NCBI GenBank assembly: GCA_963706325.1
Contig: CAVPLT010000004.1
Span: 864,001 to 928,000 of the forward strand
Source of the DNA: an uncultured Nitrospiraceae bacterium
GTDB lineage: Bacteria; Nitrospirota; Nitrospiria; Nitrospirales; Nitrospiraceae
DNA: 64,000 bases
Direction: 5' to 3'
The notes beneath the pieces are model-generated. The model saw only the letters and a list, made by a program, of their open reading frames with translations. It did not search any database and was not told where the DNA came from. Below are positions 59,572-64,000 of the stretch, piece after piece. A program made the translations under genes and the position numbers. Within the stretch, counting starts at the first letter, position 1. Every line of letters starts with the position of its first letter.

Positions 59572-59964
59572 ATGGCTTTCCAGCCGCGGTCATTCGGATT
59601 TGCAGTGTTGGGCGCTGTTTTCGCCGCGACAGCGGTGGGAGCCGGCGCCTTCGGCGCCCACGCGCTTAAAGCAATTCTGGATCCGGCCATGCTCGCCGTG
59701 TATGAAACCGCGGCGCGGTACCAAATGTACCATGCGCTAGGCCTCTTTGTCGTAGCCTGGTTGTGCGTCGAAATGCAAAGTCCGTGGGCGGTGAAAGCCG
59801 GGTGGCTATTTTGTGCCGGAATCCTATTATTCAGTGGGAGTCTGTACATCGTGGCGCTGGCTGGAATCAAATGGATGGGCGCGCTGACTCCCTTGGGCGG
59901 TGCGTCCTTCATCGGCGGATGGACGTGCATCGCGTGGGCCGCCTGGCGAGCCGGAGATCATTAA
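59572..59964 (+). CDS. DUF423 membrane protein
   Basis: GAFGAHAL, TAARYQMYHALG, FSGSLY and TPLGG. Confidence 0.93.
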   Translation: MAFQPRSFGFAVLGAVFAATAVGAGAFGAHALKAILDPAMLAVYETAARYQMYHALGLFVVAWLCVEMQSPWAVKAGWLFCAGILLFSGSLYIVALAGIKWMGALTPLGGASFIGGWTCIAWAAWRAGDH

Positions 59965-61079
59965 CGATGTCGACGCTGTCCAGCGGCCGGTTTTTCTCCC
60001 GTCTTTGAGAAACAGGATGCGGTACGTTTACCGGTGATGGAGCCCCAGCCTCCTGCCGTATTGACGAATGTGCCTTCTAATCGTTGCCCCTCTCCGGAAA
60101 ATAAGAGACTATCTTCCTGCACGCCGGCCCTGGTTTCCCAGCGTAGATACACGCTATCGCCCAGGACGATGATTTCCGCAGGACTGGTTGTAGCGGTGCT
60201 TCCCGATGGGGCAAAGATGACGGTGGTCTTTTCTTCGCGATGGTTCTGATGATTGTGGATCGACCATTGCCAGGTTCCGCACAACCGCACAAGACCGCGC
60301 TGCTGCCGCACTTGATCTTTCCAGCTCAAAAGTCGAAACCATTCACGATGCACAGTTTGAATTGCCACAATTTCAATCTGAGCGGCCGCTCCCGCTCTTC
60401 GAGCGATTGCATCGCTCGTGCGAAGAGGCTCCGCCGGTGAGTCCTGGACCACCCCCTGAGCACCCGCATCCTGCAGGAGTTCGAGAAGCTGTCGGAGGTG
60501 CGGTTCCAGGGTCGTGCCTTCGGTCAACCATGCCAGCTGATCGTCGATCTGTCGTTTAAGGCCTGCCTGTTCTTCAGGGGTGGGAGTGAAACCAAGATCG
60601 CGGACGGCTTGCGCGAGTTGCCACGCCGCAAGTCCCCGCACCAGATTCCTAGCCGACTGGTTGAGGTCGTCGAGCAGCAGTTCTTTGGTCAGGGCCGGAG
60701 TGAGGCCTTTGGCTCCGATCGTCATAGCCGCATCATTCAATCCCACGCGGGGACCGATCACATTCTTAAACAGTGTGAGCGAGTCACCTTGCGCCGGGAG
60801 CGATGCCAATTCCCTGGAACTGTCTCGCAGCACTTCTTTAAACGCCGGAAAAAGATCGGCCAACACCGACTGCGCGCGAGCGGGAGTCTCATCAGCCCAT
60901 ACAACCGTTCCACTCATAAGAATGGCCGCGAGAGACAACACACCGACGATGACTAAGGAACCCCCTGACTGGTTCAGCATTGGCCAACGCGCTCCAACTA
61001 TAAGCAGAAAGAATGCGGAGGCACGGCGGTCTGACATCATGTGATGTCGACGCGCAGTGTCGGCCGTCCGTGTCACCAT
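59961..61079 (-). CDS. Hypothetical exported protein (start uncertain; possibly 60980)
   Basis: Long ORF with a signal-like segment and a C-terminal beta-rich domain (CGTWQW...GWGSITGKR). Confidence 0.7.
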   Translation of the reverse strand: MVTRTADTARRHHMMSDRRASAFFLLIVGARWPMLNQSGGSLVIVGVLSLAAILMSGTVVWADETPARAQSVLADLFPAFKEVLRDSSRELASLPAQGDSLTLFKNVIGPRVGLNDAAMTIGAKGLTPALTKELLLDDLNQSARNLVRGLAAWQLAQAVRDLGFTPTPEEQAGLKRQIDDQLAWLTEGTTLEPHLRQLLELLQDAGAQGVVQDSPAEPLRTSDAIARRAGAAAQIEIVAIQTVHREWFRLLSWKDQVRQQRGLVRLCGTWQWSIHNHQNHREEKTTVIFAPSGSTATTSPAEIIVLGDSVYLRWETRAGVQEDSLLFSGEGQRLEGTFVNTAGGWGSITGKRTASCFSKTGEKPAAGQRRHR

Positions 61080-61089
61080 CCGTGGGCGG

Positions 61090-61881
61090 TTATGTTCCCT
61101 GGAAAGCAGTTTTCAGAAATGCCACCGTGGCATCCCAGGATTGGGCAGAGGCCGGCTTATGATAGCTGGCTGGACGCGTCTCGTCACAGAACGCATGGGA
61201 AGCGCCAGGATAAGTCTTAATCTCGATCCGTTTTCCTTGGGCGGCTGCATTGCGCAGATGCTCGACGTCCTGCTCGGTGGTCCAGGTATCCTGCTCCGCT
61301 TGATGGTAGAGGAGGGGGCTCATCATATTGTCCAAAAGATCGGGGGCCGTAACCTTTCCATAAAACGCGACCGCTGCGCGCAGCCGCTTGCGCTGGCACG
61401 CAAACCTGATGGCCAATGAACCGCCCATGCCGAAACCGACCACGCCGTGGATGTTGCGCTTGATATGTTCAAGGGTGTTGAGGTACTCGCAGCACGTGTT
61501 GATGTCCTGTAACAGCAGTTGATCGCTGCACTTGGCGAGGAGGGCTTCCGCAATCTCGGCATTCGCCGTGACCATGCCCCCAAGCCGTCCATACAATTTG
61601 GGAATGATCACCCCATAGCCTTCGCAGGCCAACCTGACACCGAGGTCCGTGATCTGAGAATTCATGCCCCACCAGTCATGCAACAGGACGATGCCGGGAT
61701 AGGCCGTCTTGTCTTGGGGCCAGAACTGGACACATTCCACTTGGACGTCTTTGCTCACGCGCGTCTTAAAATAGGGATCCACCATCGCATCTGTTGCGGT
61801 GGGAATTGCCACCCCACTGGGAAAGCGGGCCGTACCTGTGCCGATCTGTTGCGGCGAAAATGGTGTTGCCTGAGTAGTCAT
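61090..61881 (-). CDS. Dienelactone hydrolase family protein (nucleophile Cys replaced by Gly)
   Basis: GIVLLHDWWG.N, RLA.EGY, VVGFGMGG, AFYG, YPGASHAF and YH..A....W. Confidence 0.88.
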   Translation of the reverse strand: MTTQATPFSPQQIGTGTARFPSGVAIPTATDAMVDPYFKTRVSKDVQVECVQFWPQDKTAYPGIVLLHDWWGMNSQITDLGVRLACEGYGVIIPKLYGRLGGMVTANAEIAEALLAKCSDQLLLQDINTCCEYLNTLEHIKRNIHGVVGFGMGGSLAIRFACQRKRLRAAVAFYGKVTAPDLLDNMMSPLLYHQAEQDTWTTEQDVEHLRNAAAQGKRIEIKTYPGASHAFCDETRPASYHKPASAQSWDATVAFLKTAFQGT

Positions 61882-62036
61882 GGGCAGTGCGGTCCTTTCT
61901 CGATTGGGGTCTGGCATCCAGCGACCGTCCGACAGGTACTATAGGTAGCGCATTTGGGCGTTGTCAATCAAGGCGCCGGCGGCGTTTGTGTCATATTGAC
62001 CGCTAGACGTCGGCTCGTTACAGTGCGTCGTCAACG

Positions 62037-63026
62037 ATGTCTAACGAAGCACCTGCACCCCTTGGAATCGGACTGATCGGCCTCGGCCACCATGGCAGTC
62101 GATACGCCAGGCACATCCTGGCTGACCTCCCTGATGCTCGTTTGGCGGCTGTCAGCCGGCGGCGGTCGGATCAAGGGCATGGGCTAGCATTAGCTCGTGC
62201 CGTGCCATGCTATGCAGACTATCATGAGTTGATTGCCGACCCTCACGTGGAGGCGGTCGTGGTGGTTACGCCGCCGGCACTCAATCGGGACATTTGTCTA
62301 TCCGTGGCGCGGGCGAAGAAAGCCCTGTTGATTGAAAAGCCACTGGCCATCACCGCCGATGATGCACGTGCGATCGCGCGTGCGTCAGCCCAGTCCGGAC
62401 GGGTCATGATGACCGCGCATACCTTGCGGTTCGATGCCGCCATTGTTGCCCTTCGCGCGCGACAGTCGCAGGCCGGCGAGCTTCAATATCTCAACTTGGT
62501 CAGTCGAATGGAACCGCATGGGGTCAGTGAAGACATCCGGGGATTTGGCGGCCGCGGATGCTTGCTCGAAACCGGCATCCATTTGTTGGATTTAGTGCGT
62601 GTCCTGACGGCAGATGAAGTGCATACCGTCTCTTGCGACATGGACTTGGTGCCTCCGCATGGGGCGGAACGCCGGATTGTCGGCAGACTCACAACCAGTC
62701 ATGGCCTGGTATGTGCGCTGGATGTATCCCGGGTTTCGTCGGGACGAATCGGACGCATCGAATTGATCGGTGCGGCGGGACAGTTGTCAGCGGATTGGTG
62801 CGGGCAACGGCTGGTGCAGGTGTCTGCGCGGCATGGCGCCGGTGAATGGCCGACGGTCTCTGAGCCCACGGTGTTAGGAACGCTTCGCGCATTTGTGCGA
62901 TCCGTGCGAGCAGGCTTGCCGCCTCCGGTGACCATAGAAGACGGCAAGCGAGCCGTGGAAATAGCTGAGGCCTGTTATGCCTCGGCGCAGCAGGGCGGGC
63001 GTAGCGTGCCGGTCGAGTATGCCTGA
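62037..63026 (+). CDS. Gfo/Idh/MocA family oxidoreductase
   Basis: GLIGLGHHG Rossmann motif, IEKPLA, and GG.G.LLETGIH.LD. Confidence 0.92.
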   Translation: MSNEAPAPLGIGLIGLGHHGSRYARHILADLPDARLAAVSRRRSDQGHGLALARAVPCYADYHELIADPHVEAVVVVTPPALNRDICLSVARAKKALLIEKPLAITADDARAIARASAQSGRVMMTAHTLRFDAAIVALRARQSQAGELQYLNLVSRMEPHGVSEDIRGFGGRGCLLETGIHLLDLVRVLTADEVHTVSCDMDLVPPHGAERRIVGRLTTSHGLVCALDVSRVSSGRIGRIELIGAAGQLSADWCGQRLVQVSARHGAGEWPTVSEPTVLGTLRAFVRSVRAGLPPPVTIEDGKRAVEIAEACYASAQQGGRSVPVEYA

Positions 63027-63027
63027 A

Positions 63028-63264
63028 TTACGTTTCCGCGACGATGTGCGTATCGGTTTCCTCCACCCCTTCGATGGCGTGAATGCGGGTAATCACGACA
63101 TCCGACAGGGCTCGTTCATCGGCCACATTGATAAATACAAAAATGTCAGGCTGACCGAAGCAGGCGTGAATTTGCTCGACGCCGGCAATGCTTTTTAACG
63201 CCGTTAGGACCGACTTGCCTTTCCCTGCCTTGACCTTGATGAGAATGTACGCTTTCGTTGCCAT
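63028..63264 (-). CDS. Stand-alone Lrp/AsnC ligand-binding domain protein
   Basis: AYILIKV..G.......L..I.GV......G..D.......I..I.GV.ET.T.I pattern; GGGAGG SD. Confidence 0.88.
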   Translation of the reverse strand: MATKAYILIKVKAGKGKSVLTALKSIAGVEQIHACFGQPDIFVFINVADERALSDVVITRIHAIEGVEETDTHIVAET

Positions 63265-63338
63265 CATGCCTCCCTGTGGCTGAGTGTCATGGAACAATAG
63301 TGCGATCTATTCCGCCCGCGCCCATCAGCGCTCGGCGG

Positions 63339-63998
63339 TCATTCTGATTTGGCGCCGGGCATCTCCCGGCGGCGCTGTGCGTAGACCTCATGGAAGGTCT
63401 TCCCCTGTATCGACAAGGCAACAATGCTCTGCTGATATAACTGTTCGAGAACGTCGAAATCCGCCTTGCCGATATTGAACTCCCGGAACCCGGCGTCGAG
63501 ATCGATGGAACTCCAGGCGTTCGCAGGCCGCCCGGCTTCGATGACGGCCTCGAAGCTATCTGCGGACCAGCCGCTCCGTCGAAACGACGCTTCGACCTCC
63601 TCAGCGCGGTCGCCGAATTTCAGGCGATGCGCCTCTGTAAAAAACTGTTGGACCGCCGAGTGGTGACTTTTCAGGAATGCTGACTGAAATTGTATGACAG
63701 CTTTGATGATGCCGTTAGCTTGAGCAGTGCCTTCCGGCGGCAGGACGCCCGCATCATCAAACGTGGCAAGTAACGCCATGACCGACCCGATATACGGAGA
63801 CGGTGTCCGTGCTGGTTGCGCAGCCATAGGTGGTGTCACGGGCAGGGGGGGCTCTGTCCTTATTTGACCAGCTCCCATGGTAGGAAAGAGCATCAGAAAC
63901 AAGATGGTGAAAACAAAAGAATATGAGTCAAATGCACCGTTCCACCCTCTTGCATACCTGTTTGGCCGTGCTGAGGACATTAAAGAGGGGCATACCAT
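63339..63998 (-). CDS. Hypothetical exported protein (start uncertain)
   Basis: Long ORF with a hydrophobic leader; ends RRREMPGA. Confidence 0.6.
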   Translation of the reverse strand: MVCPSLMSSARPNRYARGWNGAFDSYSFVFTILFLMLFPTMGAGQIRTEPPLPVTPPMAAQPARTPSPYIGSVMALLATFDDAGVLPPEGTAQANGIIKAVIQFQSAFLKSHHSAVQQFFTEAHRLKFGDRAEEVEASFRRSGWSADSFEAVIEAGRPANAWSSIDLDAGFREFNIGKADFDVLEQLYQQSIVALSIQGKTFHEVYAQRRREMPGAKSE

Positions 63999-64000
63999 GC

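Noticed and set aside
1..64000. CRISPR array, cas genes, reverse transcriptase, IS transposase or recognisable defence system
   Set aside because: By eye I saw no regularly spaced 25-40 bp repeats and no diagnostic protein motifs. The AddB nuclease domain is Cas4-like in fold only.

Overview
A GC-rich bacterial chromosome segment. Gene content and the many short hypothetical lipoproteins suggest Nitrospira/Nitrospirota; this is an inference, not a database result. Positions 1-34.2 kb are mostly core genes: prfB (partial, with its +1 programmed frameshift), lnt, a BamE-like lipoprotein followed by three paralogous lipoproteins, dodecin, a frameshifted REC-PAS sensor, a hemerythrin-domain protein, a 6S-like RNA with its own sigma70 promoter directly upstream of an archaeal-type topoisomerase VI operon (top6B-top6A), DUF1800/DUF1501, yacG, an NlpC/P60 lipoprotein, pgm, AddB/AddA-like helicase-nuclease and lgt. 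A ~21.5 kb integrative element sits in tRNA-Leu(TAA), bounded by a perfect 65-bp direct repeat (34530-34594 / 56050-56114). It carries two tyrosine recombinases, an excisionase-like gene, putative arm-type and IHF sites and envelope-related cargo, much of it frameshifted. It also contains an internal degenerate tRNA-Thr(CGT) 3' half with its own arm/IHF-like motifs (a nested or fossil att end), and 9-bp-periodic iteron-like arrays near the right end. Beyond the right repeat lie a response regulator, a 1.4 kb non-coding stretch with DnaA-box-like and NrdR-box-like motifs, and housekeeping or hypothetical genes, including a dienelactone-hydrolase homologue lacking its catalytic Cys. Four small ORFs missing from the supplied track were found by hand. 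No CRISPR array or rRNA was seen.
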